Part shown: piece by piece, positions 21,426-34,673 of the stretch
Position numbering within the stretch: position 1 is the stretch's first letter
Layout: each line of letters opens with the position of its first letter
Assembly: GCA_977862235.1 (NCBI GenBank)
Contig: OZ374564.1
Coordinates: forward strand, 2,542,001-2,606,000
DNA: 64,000 nt
Source of the DNA: Dudresnaya verticillata
Taxonomy: Eukaryota
Direction: 5' to 3'
The notes under the pieces: model-generated
Databases searched by the model: none
What the model was told of the DNA's origin: nothing
Seen by the model: the letters and a program-made list of their open reading frames with translations, nothing else
Program-made: the position numbers and the translations under genes

Positions 21426-24400
21426 CTAGACAGAATCCTTACTTTTTCTTTGTTGAATGGCGTCGTACTCAGCCACTATCAACTGCGGCAGGTCCGTTTC
21501 GCAAATCCACTGGGCGGATGAGTCCCATACGCCTTTGACCTTGAAGAAGCGCTTACCATCGATATTTTTATCCGCAGTTATTGCTTGGATGAGACGCCTT
21601 GTGTCCGGGAAGATACCATCAAGTGGGTCACCCGTTTCTTGAACATCCTTTCCAATGCGACGCAGGCGATTCACATGAACCCGGGCTACTTGGTTGCCAA
21701 TTTCTGATTGTACAATGTAGGAAATCTTCGTTAAAACAACCTCTTCGATGCGATAAGGTCCAAGCCACGGCGTCTTTAGCTTGCGCCCCTTTTCTATTTT
21801 ATGTCGTGGTTTGTACAACATCACTCTGTCTCCAACCTGATATTCGACGTCCTCCACGAGCTTGTTGTACTGTTTTGCTCCCTTGCCGCGGGCATCGGCT
21901 CCGTTTTGCAACAACTGCCAATGCAATGCCTCAAGTCGTGCTGCAAGTTCGGGCTGTGACTGCGGCTCCTCATCCAGTGCCATCCGACAGCCGACTTCTG
22001 CATCAAAGTCAAAGGCTTCGACACCAAATACAGCCCTGTACGGGGTAATCCCGGTTGCAGAATTCACTGCGGTATTGTACCTAAGGCATGCCATGGAGAT
22101 ATGCTCGACCCAATCATCCTCTTCCGTGGACACGTAAGCACGGATGTCCTTCAGAAGTGTGCGATTAAAACGTTCTATGAAACCATCTGTCTGGGGGTGA
22201 TAGGGACTCGTAAATATCTTACGGGTTCCCACGAACTGGCAGGGGTTTTTCACTAACTTGCTCACAAAGCATTTCCCCTTATCGCTGAGCAACTTTTCAG
22301 GAGGCCCGAATCGTAGTATCCATTCATCCAGCAGCACCCTCGCCACGGTCTCTGTAGTTTCGTCCCGGATAGGACAAGCCCAAACAAACCGAGTGAATAG
22401 GTCTCCCATAACTGCGGCTTTGTAGCCCTTTCCTTTCGACGTCGTTACTTCCAATACGTCAATAGCAACCACTTGAAATCTGCGGAGAGGATGCCAAGTG
22501 AGCATCTTCCGTTGTCGGCCTGGCCTTCCGAGCCTGTGCAAAGCACAGTGCACGCATTTAAGAACGCGATGAGATACGTCCCTCCGTAACCCTTTCCACC
22601 AGAATCGCTTTCGTATCCAAGAAAGTGTCTTCCAAACGCCACGATGGCCGTTAGGACGGGAACCATGCGCGTAATCTAGCACTTGGTCCACCAGCGCTCG
22701 CGGAATTAGAACGTGCATTTCCTCCTTGTGCAAGACGCTTACCAGTCCGTCTTCGTCCTGTACATAAAAGTCTCCTTCATTGCATAAGGCTTCCAAGCTT
22801 CCAAATTCCGCCTCTTGCTCCGCGCGTATCTCTTCCGCCGTCGGAAGTGACCGCTGCCTTTCCGTCAGCATAAGTACCCGTTCATGACAGTTGGGGCACT
22901 GCTGGACATCAAAAGCGTCACGACTCAGCGTATCCGGTACAGTCATTATTTCTCCCGGGGCTTACTCGACAACAAAATCGTAGTCCTGAACCTCGGCCAT
23001 CCAACGAGGAGCCAGACGACCCCGGGGTTCACGAAGTGACATCAACCATTTTAACGCTTCGTGGTCAGTCATGACGGTGAACGTTGGTCCGCCATGCAGG
23101 TAGTGGCGCCATTTCTTCAAGGCATGAACCACTGCTAGGCACTCCTTTTCCGTAACGGTATACCTAGCTTCTGCACCTTTCAGCATACGAGATGTGAAAG
23201 ATATTGGACGGCACATACCATCCTTGTCAACCTGAATCAAGACACCCCCCACACCATAATCACTTGCATCGGTCATAACGATCTTTTGCTTAGAGACATC
23301 CGGCGCAGCCAAGATTTCCGGGTTAGCTAACGCGCCTTTGAGATCAATCCAACTCGCTTTCTGCTCCTTGTTCCACCGCTTGTCCCAGTCAGGCACTCGA
23401 CACACTGTGGACCTCCTTTTCTTTTTCTTATTGAAACCTGTGTCTTTTAGGACGTCATAAAGCGGCCTCGCTCTGTCAGTGAACTCCGGGATGAATACGG
23501 AAAAGTAGTTCATGAGCCCTAGAAATCTGAGCAGCTCCGTCACATTGGTCGGTTCTCGTAAGCATTCTATGGCCTTAATATGACCTTTCGAAGGCTGTAG
23601 TCCTTTAGGAGACACTCGGTGTCCCAGTACTTCTATCGCCCGAACACCAAATCGACATTTGCTCAACTTGAGTCGCATCCCTGCCTGTATCATGCACTCT
23701 AATGCCTCGTCCAGATCTTTAAGGTCCCCCTCCTCAGTCTCAGAGCCCACATTCCCATCATCCATAAATGCCCAAACACTCCGACCTTTCAGAGGGCCGA
23801 GAACTGTGTTAACCACTCTTTGAAAAGCCGCAGGCCCATTCTTTAGTCCCATAGCCAATCGACAATATTGTAACAGCCCAACGACGGTACGAACCGCCGT
23901 ATATGCTTTGGACGACGCGTCCAGCTCCACTTGGAAATAGCCGGCCTTCAGATCAAATGTAGAGAACACTTGCTTGCTCGCTAGCCAGTCGAGAGTCTCC
24001 TTGACGCCTTCCATCGGGTACTGGTCAGTCACCGTCCTAGAATTGAGGGCCCTGAAATCTGTCGTACACCGTAGAGTCCAGTCCTTTTTAGGGACGAAGA
24101 CATTGTTTGCTGCCCACGATGACTCAGACTGTTCAACAATTCCTTCCCGCAACAACCGTTCCATTGTTTCGCGCTCGACTTCCAACTCTGATGGCGATCT
24201 GCGACGGATAGGAACAGCAATTGGCTCAGCATCAGGCACCAAGCTGATCTTATGCTTGTAGCCCCTGATGCAACCTACCCCTTTGAATATATCCCTATAC
24301 TTCCACAGAATATCTCGCAAGCTCTTCTGCAGCTTGGGGCAAGGACTGAACCCGGTAAGGTCCATGTGAGTGATTGTGTTGTCTACGTCCGCATCTTCAA

Positions 24401-24803
24401 TGACGGCGCGAACCTCCTCCCCGAAGACTGCCTTTAGCAGCACCGATCCTGAGAACAGTCGCCGTTGAACGGTGACACTGCCCACCATCTTGTTTAGGTC
24501 CAGAACCATGCCGTATTTCAACCAGAACCTCCTGCCAATCAACATTCCACTTGGTAGACAGTTCAACACACGAACCTTTTGTTTGTAGAACTTACAGCCC
24601 CATAGAGTAAAGTTGAGATATCCCTGTCCTACGACATCCAATCTTCGTCCTCCTGCATCTGCTGCGCCATCCTTGTCAGGTAACAGTTCGCCGCCCAACG
24701 TTACAAACAACTTTGAATCCAACCAGATACTAAATGCCCCAATGTCCGTGACAGCTGGTACTATCTTCGACCCCCCCTTGGTTGAGAACTCTACGTCTAC
24801 CAC
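21426..24803 (-). pseudogene. pol: pol of element C (PR-RT-RH at 22962-24803, integrase at 21426-22946, same frame, split by one TAA)
   Basis: TDFRALN, AMGLKNGP and FMDD (RT); TDAS (RNase H); HHCC, SDKG, ERFNRTL and WLGPY (integrase); degenerate chromodomain-like tail FFKVKGVWDSSAQW. Confidence 0.93.
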
Positions 24804-24934
24804 TACGTCTACACCTTCTGTAGTCTCCTCCTCTTCATCGCTATCATCCCTATCGGTTTTACCACCTTCCTCTTGACAACGACAAACTCCTTCACACCTC
24901 TCATCTCCTTCATCTTTAGAGCCTACCTCGGGAC

Positions 24935-26166
24935 CTAACCCTGGTGTTGTCCACCGGGCTTCCCCCCTATCTCTGTCCCCTGCTCATCTCCTTTGTCCTC
25001 CTCTTTTGCGCTCGGTCCGGGACAGATGCGCTTCTGCCAGGAACCATGACCAAGCTTGCCACATACGTAGCATTTCATATTCGCAAACCTGTCTTGCTTT
25101 GTCTCCGGCCCAGCCTTGCCACCCCCGTCCTTGTTGTCTCTTCCATCAACCAGTTTTAGGGACTCTGATCGCTTCTGCGTCTCGGCAACATGCATCATTG
25201 CTGATACCAGCACATCATAGCCACCCTGTATTGTGTAGGCGTACGGCTGTAGTCGGTTAGGTATACCTTTTATGAAGGTTGCTTGAATCATATCCTGCCC
25301 GTAGCCCAATGACGTTCCGAGAACATTAACACGCTCCCCAAACTTCGTCACCGTCTCGGCCTTCTCATTCCATCTCATGGATAAGAACGTAGAGTGCTGC
25401 GAACGGCGCTGAGTCTGATTAAACAGACTCTCTTCGAGCCGGTCCCAAAGCTCGGTTGCACTGACATCCGGATTCTCTCGTGAAACTCCGTTCGCAATCT
25501 TAAGAGCAGCCTTGTCGAACGCAAGCATAGATAGTCCCTTTCTATATCGTCTTCCAGAACGAACTTGCTGTGTACTCGTAGGAAATCTTGCTTCGCTGAC
25601 GGGAAGTTGAAATCTCCAACGTTACATACTTTGTTATGGTCCATTTTTCGGTTCCACAGCTTCAGCTTGTCCGAAACAGACAAAGAAGAGGCCCCAGATG
25701 ATGCAGTAGAGAACACTCCCCGCCTTATATCGTGTGCTATTATCGGTTTGCAGCCCGCCCTTCCCTTATCAGCTTCCACAACACCCCGCACGGGGGTAGC
25801 CCCACTATCGCGCATCTTGGCTCGCAAGCCATCCATAACCTCCTCCTTGAATGGTTGCGCTGTAGCTCTCGGTGCATCTGCTTCTGCAACAACTTCTACT
25901 GCCGGTGCGACTGCGGCTTCACCAGCCTCTGTCGTCTTTTCTGCTTGACCGGACACCAACGCCTGGAGTAGTCCCATTACTTCCGTGTGGCTTTTGGCCC
26001 CATCCTCTTGGAGCTTACTCACCGTGTTCTCCAGGTTCCCCATCCGGGACTCCACGGCTTCAAGTCCTTCTTTAGTACCGGACACTGCATCACATAACTT
26101 CTCGATTTCTTCCTCAACAGCCTTGATTCGTTGTGCCTGTGTAGCACCCACCTTGCTGCTGGACAT
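24935..26166 (-). pseudogene. gag: gag of element C in two frames (25375-26166 and 24935-25528)
   Basis: N-terminal coiled coil, ATFIKGIP capsid-like segment, knuckle CYVCGKLGHGSWQKRIC, one frameshift near 25530. Confidence 0.85.
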
Positions 26167-26337
26167 AGCTGTAATCTCGCCCTCACTGTGACAGCCTCAC
26201 TTCTTCTCGCTACACCTGATAGACAATCTGCGTCCCACTGTCGAGTCCTTCTCTAGCTCAACCACAATTTGTAGCAACAACACCAGAACAATCGCCAAGG
26301 TCACTCTCCTTGACGAACACAGTAAGTTTAAACTTAG

Positions 26338-26716
26338 TGTTACGTACCGGTAAAGAGCTCTGGTCTCTTTAGTTGATTTCTCGCGGTAGACACGCGCGGA
26401 CCCGGTTCCTTCTCAAAGCACGGATACCTCTTTACTTCTGTTGCACCTTTTCCCTCTATTTGTATTCCTTTTCACAACCGTACTTTCTACAGAGCACAAA
26501 CTAAAACACGACAGAATACTCTCCATGCCTACAATTGCACTAATAAAAGAGAGTTGATTACTCTCTTCGTCTACACTTGCACTGACACACGAGAATTGAC
26601 ATGTCGACACTACTACTTCTTGACAGGCGACATCCGCCACCATCAAGATAGCACCTGATCCAGCCTGCCGGGAGGCGGCCACCACTAACTGCCCACCCTT
26701 GCCCTGGCCTCTAACA
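26338..26716 (-). repeat. 5' LTR of element C
   Basis: Direct repeat of 21037-21415. Confidence 0.96.
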
Positions 26717-26824
26717 AACAGTCTACGGGTCTTGCTAGCGACCTTTGAGGAAAGAACTCATTAATCAATGTGATTCATCATCACACAATATGAACACAAC
26801 TGTTGATGACTGATTCAAAGAATT

Positions 26825-27142
26825 TTACTCATGCTTTGCAGCAGATGCAATTCGAATTATATGAGTATGCGCATCATAAGGCATACGCATTCTAGGAGCA
26901 GCTCCTTCGGTTTTCTGCCACCCCCATTCATTATTAAAACTCCCCCATTTGGATTCAGAAACCTGCTCGAATTTATCAGTTTCGGACTTGGCGACGGTAA
27001 CCTTGGTAGGGCTCACTTTGATTGCTGTGGAGAGATTGACCTTCTCGGCAGCATTCAGATTTGTGGTGCCACCTTGTGGGGCAGCAGTGGTGAGAACGAC
27101 CAGTACCAGAGACATTGTAACGAAGAGTGGGGTAGAGGCCAT
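26825..27142 (-). CDS. Small secreted protein, paralogue 1 (105 aa; C-terminus unrelated, possibly truncated or rearranged)
   Basis: MASTPLFVTMSLVLVVLTTAAPQGG signal-peptide-like N-terminus; TATAAA about 190 bp upstream; matches paralogues 2 and 3 up to VSESKW. Confidence 0.6.
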   Translation of the reverse strand: MASTPLFVTMSLVLVVLTTAAPQGGTTNLNAAEKVNLSTAIKVSPTKVTVAKSETDKFEQVSESKWGSFNNEWGWQKTEGAAPRMRMPYDAHTHIIRIASAAKHE

Positions 27143-29438
27143 CATTGTTCTTAAATTCGTTGGGGTAGATAGGCCTTCGGAAGGGCTGCACTGCAAGAAC
27201 GCCGAGCTTGCGGACTGCAAGCGCAAGCAGAAGTTGTGGATGGAATCTAAATGTGAAGAACCGGTTAAAAGCGGTGGTTGGTTGAGCTGGACAGGAAGCA
27301 AGGATGGTGTCCAAGTGGTACTCAGCCTTTATATGCGTTTTGGAGAGGATGAATCAGTAACTCTGTCTGTAGTAATAGACCGGGCAACAATTATGCACTG
27401 ATTAACGAGAAGAGATGCAGTTTTCTGGCAGATTATAGATTCATGCTTGTACTAGAAGGGCGAAGAAAGGGCAATAAAGCTGTCATTGGAATACTCATTG
27501 GAGTATCACTGCACTGCCGTTATGTGAGACTTGTGTGTGATCGCCAAAACATTTAGACGTATGATTCAATCATGTTTCCTTAGTTCAAGTAAATAGCATT
27601 GATGAATGGGTAGGGGGTTGCACTGCTTTATCAGGCATCGAAAGGAGCCCCGTCTCTGTCTACACGCACGAGCTGATATGGAGCGCTTCAAGAAAGGTAC
27701 TGATTGCGTGCCTACTCCATCAGTTCGGAGCATCAAGTAGGACCTAAAAACGAGAGCATAATGGTTAACATAATCGTAGCTTGTGATAGCTCCAATTCCA
27801 GGAGCAAAGCCCTATAGAGTTTTCATTTCTACTGCTGACCAGAGGACAGCATTCCGAATTCGGTCGACTTGAGTTACCGCTTTCTATATTATATTATAGG
27901 ATACTGTGCCGGCACATAAACACAGGTCGATATATGCTGTTGCACTTAGAGCGCTCTTGCAATGTTTAAACAAGTTTAATACCTCTTGCCACCTTTTTTC
28001 AACCAAAGAAGAAGTGCATACGGCGTCCAGGCAACAAAATATATGAACTGCACTGCTTATTGCCAAGCGTGGCGATGCATGGACAGCCCATTTGTAGCAA
28101 TGCATCTTAGGCGGTTGTGTGATTATTGCCAGGAAAGAGTCTCAATGGGGAGGTTTTGGGGGCTGCCCTTTTGATCGGCACGCAAAGCCAGTGTGCGAGA
28201 ATATAGGAATGGGCTGAGCTGCAATGCTGGCCGTATTCGTATGTCCACTTTGCAACTTGACTTATCGCGTGTCGGACCTCTACTATACCTATTGTTGAAG
28301 ACTAACATCGGTACGAGATGCGGCGGGAGGCAAGCGGAAAAAAGCTTCAACAAGTTGCGGCAGTGGATTTTTTCAAATACATTCTTCTTTAAGGCCAAAA
28401 CGGCTACATGTCCATCTATTTCTGCCTAGATGGATCGCTGGCAGCTCCCATGCTGTTTGGGAGGTACCGTTGGAAGCCGTTCTGTATTCTGAACTATTAG
28501 CTATACAAAGCAATATTGAACAATTGTTGAACACTGTAACAAACACAAGCAGTGAATCAATGTTTCAACAATGAGTACCCCGTTTGTGACCGTTTTGCGA
28601 AGAACGCTTCAGACTATATAGCACCAGTCTAATCGTATCTTTTATCAATGCCCTAAACGCATCAAGCATCAACAATGTCGCCTTTTTGGTAGCTGATAGG
28701 GTAACTGCACTATTTGGATCAGCGAGTGGTATAACCCATAGAGTATAGTGGGATTGAGATTGCGGAGTCATTCGGCGTCATTCCAGGGTACCCGGGATGA
28801 TCTCAGAGTTTGCTGTGCTCATCCCTGCAGCTGACCGCAGCATTTCTGGACTGGGAATGAATATTATATATCGTGATAGCAAGTCTTAAGACTGAGTGTG
28901 ACTGCTTGCCCTTCACTTTCAAACCTTGCAAAAAATCATTCGCAAAGTCTTGCGACGAAAGTTGCAAGTTCGGACTCAAAGACTTGCCTGGAGGCTTTTT
29001 TGAGTGCTCCCATGTGCTCAAAGTGTTATTGCATTGCATGCGTGTGCAATGAGCACACCAAAACGGCTCCTCAAACCTTTACGTATGGCCTTCCAGCGTA
29101 GCTAATTGCGGAGATCCACGAATTCCGATCACTCCACTGCTGAGCATTTCCATTCATCAATATCGGGTGATGTGCGGCTCATTCACAACTCTCCTCAACA
29201 CATATCTTCTGCGTTGCTTCGTCAGATTCTGAGTCAATTACTGTCAAAATCTAACACAACCAGATAATCTTGCAACGGGAAGAACCGGCTTGATATCCTT
29301 CTATCAGGGCCGTTCCCCTTCACAATGATCCGGACACTACGCTATGGCCTATATTATACGGAAATCGGCCTGCCCTCATAGACCAGATCTACAGGAAACA
29401 ACCCAACCCGCGTTCCCATCTGCCCATAGGCCTTACGC
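26942..29438. repeat. Left arm of a ~2.5-kb diverged inverted duplication
   Basis: Collinear reverse complement of ~30878-33455; for example CTTTCGTCGCAAGACTTTGCGAATGA and CAAGTCTCACATAA appear on opposite strands in the two arms. Confidence 0.9.
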
Positions 29439-29439
29439 T

Positions 29440-30875
29440 CAGGGCTGTCGTGCAATTATTTGCAATAGCAATATATTGCAATATACAATAGTTATAAAAT
29501 ATTGCGTTAATGATAGCAGATTGCAATACTTACTGCAGTGACATTGTATATTGCTGTACCTATTGGGTCGAGTAGTAAGATTGGACAGAATCCCTATTGC
29601 TAAATTCAGTATACAGTAAGCATATGTGTTGTTGTATTTTATTTGTTGTTTAACGTGGTCCCGCGTGAGCGACTTTGGCCCATTTGCTGGCACATGGTCG
29701 ATTGGTGGGCGGGGAGTTATACACTACAGAATGGAGATGTGGTAGTGGGTGGGCATGTCTACTGGGTGGCATGCGGTGGGGGTAGTCCTCGAGGCATATA
29801 CGACGGATGGCTCGCAGGGCGTCGCAGACGCGGGCGGCGGCGGCGGATGAGTCGGGGTCTTGGAGTGACAGAAGTGACAGCGTCTGTGCGTGCAGTCGCA
29901 GTGCGAGGCGGGCGGCTGGACAGCGGGGTGGGATCGGGAAAGTCCCCAGATGCCAGCGTGTGGCTAGCTTCCTGTCTTGATGGTCCGGGAGTTGCAGAGC
30001 CAAAGCCGGCGATGGCTGTAAACCGGTGCCATCCTTCTTCCTGATAACGCCATTGTCCATTCTCTTATATATGCCGAGAATACAGCATTTTCTAGCCCCA
30101 TGCTGAAAATTAAATCTTACCAAATCATTACTATCACTAAAATGTTGTCAGGTCTTCTTTCTGGCTAAGAGGTGCTTCATCGTCGATGATGCTATCATTA
30201 GATGCACCATGACTTGACTCGCGTTTAGCCAAGAAGCGAAAGGTGCCGTGCAAACTAGAGGCTTTTTTCAACTGCGGCTTTATTCTTGGCTCTGTTGCCG
30301 AGGTTGAACGTCTCTGGAGTATTTCCAAGCACGTGCTAACCGACAATCGCAAGGCGATGACCCCTCAAGTTTTTGAAGCTGCTATATTCCTGAAAATGAA
30401 TGAGCGGTTTTGGATGTGCATCTTGTTTTTGATGCCAAACAAGTTGCTCGTTCTGCACGTGTTGCTGCCAGACTTCAACAGTACAATTTGCAGGAAGAGC
30501 TTGCTATTTGAAGAAGTCATACTGACGTATTCGATTCTCGGCCGGCGTACTTGTTTCTGTCTGACGCCTGGCGCGGCTGCTAATGGGTTTTAGTTGCCCG
30601 TGCGGGACCACCCTAAACAGTTTGTAAATGATTATCATCACGTATATCGTTCTGTAGGCACATAAAACAACATCGCATTACACAAGCGTTAATATGGATA
30701 TATCGAAGTCTATTGCAAATGTATTGCACGAGGTAGGCAAATATTGCGGATGTTATTGGGGCGTGATGGCGGCTATATTGCAATATATATTGCAAAAGGG
30801 GAGAACATTGGTGCAACATATTGCTTGTTGCATTTTTGGCAGCAATAATTTGTAATGATATTGCTTGCAGCCGGG
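29440..30875 (+). mobile_element. Internally deleted hAT-family element at the centre of the inverted duplication
   Basis: Left end CAGGGCTG, degenerate right end CAGCCGGG. Dense TATTGCA/TGCAATA subterminal motifs at both ends. hAT C-terminal dimerisation fragment GSVAEVERLWSISKHVLTDNRKAMTPQVFEAAIFLKMN at ~30290-30410. Confidence 0.75.
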
Positions 30876-30877
30876 GG

Positions 30878-33455
30878 CAGCATAAGGCCTATGGGCAGGT
30901 GGACTCCTAACGCGTTTTAGGTTACTTTGTACAGATCTGGTCGGTGAGGGCAGGCCGATTTCCGTATATAATATAGGTCGTCGCATAGGGTCCGGATTTT
31001 CGTCTTATGCGCACGTGAATGGACTTGGATAATTGTGAAGGAGACCGGCTCTGTTAGAAGAGTATCAAGCCGGTTTTTCCCGTTTCAAGATTCTCTGGTT
31101 CTGTTAGGTTAGTCACAAAATGTGATTCAGAATCTGCCAAAGCTTCGCAGAAGATATGTGTTGAGGTGGGTTGTGAATGGGCCACACATCACCTGATATT
31201 GATGGATGGAAATAATCCGCAGTGGAGTCATCGGAATTCATGGATATCTGTAATTTACTTAGCTATTCTGGACGGCCATGCGTACAGGTTCAAGGAGGCG
31301 TTTTGGTGTGCTCACTGCACACGCATACAATAATGCAATAACACTTTGAGCACACAGGATCACACTAAAACGCCTCCAGGCATGTCTTTGAGTCCCAACT
31401 TGCGACTTTCGTCGCAAGACTTTGCGAATGATATCTTGCAAGGTTTACACGTGAAGGGCAAGCGAGTCACAGTCTTAAGGCTTGCTATTGCGATAGATTC
31501 TATTCTTTCCCAGTCCAGAAATGCTGCGGTCTGCTGCAGGGATTAGCACAGAGAAACTGTGAGAGTATCCCGAGTACTCTGGAATGACGCCGAATGACCA
31601 TTCAATCTCAATCTCACTATGTTTCTATGGGTTATGCCATCCGCTGATCCAGAAATAGTGCAGTTACCCTATCACCTACCCGAAAGGCGACATTATTTGA
31701 TGCTTGATGCGTTCAGAGCAGTGAAAATCGATATGATTAGACTGGTGCTATAGATTCTCAAACGTTCTTCGCAAACTGTCCCAAACGCTGTCCCAAACGG
31801 GGTTCTGATTGTTAAAACACAGGTTCTCTACTTGTGTCCAACATTTGTTCAATATTCCTTTGTATAGCTAATAGTTCAGAATGCAGAATCGCTTCCAACA
31901 GTACCTCCTAAACAGCATGGGAGCTGCCATCCATCCATCCCTAGACGACCAGGCAGAAAATATGAACGTGAGCTGTTCTGGTCTTAAAGAAGAATGAATT
32001 TGAGAAAATCCACTGCCGCATCTTGTTCAAGCTTTTCTCCACTCGTCTCCCGCCGCATCTCGTACCGCTGAGGGGCCGGAACAATACGTGTAGACGAGGT
32101 CCGGCACGCGATGCGTCAAGTTCCAAAGCGGAAATACAACTCGACATATTCACAGCATTGCTGCTCAGCCCTTTCCTCTCTCATCGATAATCTCGCACAC
32201 ACGCTTTGCAAGCCGACCAAAAGAGCAGCCCCCAAACCCTCCCCTTTGAGATTCTTTTCCTGAAAATAATCACGCAACCGCCTGCGATGCCTTTGTGCGT
32301 TGCTACACATGGGCGGCTGTCCATGCATCGCCACGCTTGGCAATATGCAGTGCAGTTCATATATTTTGTTGCCTGGACACCGTATGCACTCCTTCTTCGG
32401 TTGAATAAAGGTGGCAAAAGGGATTAAACTTGTTTAAACTTTGCAAGAGCGCTCAAAATGCAACAGCATGTGTCAATCTGTGGTTATGTGGCGGTAAATT
32501 ATCCTATAATATAGAAAGCGTTAACTCAGTCGCCCGAATTCTGAATGCAGTCCTCTGGTCAGCTGCAGAAATAATGACTCTGTAGGGCTTTGCTCCTGCA
32601 ATTGGAGCTGTCACAAGCTACGATCATGTTAACCATTGTGCTATCGTTTTTATTTCCCTATTTCCTACTTGGTGCTCCGCACTGACGGAGTAGGCACGAA
32701 ATCAATACATTTCTTGAAACGCTCCATATCTGCTGCTGCTTGTACACAGAGACGTGACTCCTTTGGATGCCACAGAAAACTGTGCAAACCCCCTCCCTGT
32801 CCATCTGCGATACTTGAACCACTGAAACATTATTGAGTCATACTTCAAAACGTTTTGGTGATCACACACAAGTCTCACATAAGAGCAGTGCATTGATATT
32901 CCAATGAGAATTCCAAGAAAAGCTTTATTGTCCTTTCTTCGCCCTTCTCTTACAAGCTTGAGTCTGCAACCTGCCAGAAAACTGCCTCTCTTCTTATAAT
33001 TGTTGCCCAGTCTACTACTACAGACAGAGTTACATACTCACCCTCTCTAAATCGCATATAAAGGCCGAGTACCATGTGGGCACCATGCTTCCTTCCCATC
33101 CATCTCAACCAAACTTAACAAACACCGTTTTTAACCGCTGCTTTACATTTCTATTCCATCCACAACTTTTACTTGTGCTTGCAGTCCGCAAGCTCTGCTT
33201 GCTTGCAGTGCACCCTCTCCAAAGGCCTATTTACCCCAACGAATTTAAGAATAAAGATGGCCTCTACCCCACTCTTCGTTATCATGTCTCTGCTACTGGC
33301 CGTACTCACCACTGCTGTCCCACAAGGTGGCGCCACAAATCTGAATGCTGCCAAGAAGGTCGATCTCTCCACAGCAATCAAAGTGAGCCCTACCAAGGTT
33401 ACCGTCGCCGAGTCTGGCACTGTTAAATTCGTGAAGGTTTCCGAATCTAAATGGG
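30878..33455. repeat. Right arm of the ~2.5-kb inverted duplication
   Basis: Reverse complement of ~26942-29438. Confidence 0.9.
33057..33062 (+). promoter_or_regulatory. TATA box of secreted-protein paralogue 2
   Basis: CGCATATAAAGGC is conserved upstream of all three paralogues (minus strand at ~27330 and ~35242). Confidence 0.6.
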
Positions 33456-33625
33456 AGTGGGGCCAATTCGACTTTGACTCCAAACGTTACGATCAGCGGT
33501 CGATCTATCTGTTCAACAGCCAGTTCAACGTGTATGCTCGAATTGACATTCACACGAGGAAGATTATTTGGTCGATCCCGGGGTCTTTGACCTGGAGCAC
33601 CGCCATCACGGCTTTGTACGGTTAA
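33257..33625 (+). CDS. Small secreted protein, paralogue 2 (122 aa)
   Basis: Intact ORF with a signal-peptide-like N-terminus and a beta-strand-patterned mature part (KWEWGQFDFDSKRYDQRSIYLFNSQFNVYARIDIHTRKIIWS). Confidence 0.75.
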   Translation: MASTPLFVIMSLLLAVLTTAVPQGGATNLNAAKKVDLSTAIKVSPTKVTVAESGTVKFVKVSESKWEWGQFDFDSKRYDQRSIYLFNSQFNVYARIDIHTRKIIWSIPGSLTWSTAITALYG

Positions 33626-34673
33626 GCCCTGCCTCCGCACTGCCAGAAATGGGCCGCTCACAACTAAATGCCCTACATGAGGTTCAGGGACGTTCCATCA
33701 AATCAGATTGCTGATTCGAAATGCCCGTCCTGGCCTTCCATCGGTTCTCAGTGAGGAGGCAAAGCTCTTACTTCTTTCCCGTTGCTCACCTTGCATTAGT
33801 AAAGTTGGCACAATGGTTCTCAGCTGACGGGATTATCAAACTCATTCTGCCGAAAGTCCCGGAGAACGATACGCTTTCGTCTATTATCTCGTATAAGGGT
33901 ATCTGTTTTTCCTTTGGCAGAATATGTCTTCGCGCTGATTTGTCATCGCAGTCTTGTTTACCATGATGCTCCGGCCGGGGGCGAATAGGCCGTAGTATAC
34001 ATGTGAATCGTCTTTTAGAGTGCAATTAGACACTGTATGCACCCAGCATAGAGCATTTCTCTATTTGGTCTCGTCTCATGTAGAAGAGTAATGCGGTGTT
34101 TGGAAAATTACGGGTTCTGTTTAAGTGCGTTAGTGCCTTTGCGCACTGTTCTGGCCTCTGGGTAGAGAGAGGAGAGACGTAACTACAGACACGATACGCA
34201 GATACTTTCTTCATCTGCTTTTGCATGTGATAGTATGTTCTTCATGCTTTTCAAGGCTCACAAGTTTAAAAGTATATTAGTAGAAGTAGCTGGATAGTTA
34301 CAGCCAGCAAATCTCTATCATAGAACTCGGTGAAATTGCATTCTTGTATTATTAAACGGGTAGTTGTTGCAATAATAGCCACAAACCCTGAAGACTAGAT
34401 TCTGGTTTCATACAGTATACCCACACCGTCAACCTAGAATTTTCCCTGAGACCTTCAATACAATGGGTTTGGAAACGGCATGAAGTATGAATTGGCATCC
34501 CCCAGCATTATTGGGAAACGGTGAACGACGGGATGGCACTAACAGCTTCCTCTCTGACTACTAATTGTGGACGGGCATTACGAATAATTAATGCAATACG
34601 TTGGAACGCCACTGAATCACATCAGCAGCATTTAGTTGTGAGCGGCCCATTTCTGGCAGTTCGGAGGCAGGGC

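Larger units (their letters stand above)
21037..26716 (-). mobile_element. Full-length compact Ty3/Gypsy element C (5.7 kb)
   Basis: 379-bp LTRs TGTTA...TAACA at 21037-21415 and 26338-26716 with about 3 visible mismatches. 4-bp TSD AACA (21033-21036 and 26717-26720). gag-pol on the minus strand. Confidence 0.96.

Noticed and set aside
21112..21426. Duplicated ORF (also 26413-26685)
   Set aside because: It lies in the LTRs of element C; no coding evidence.
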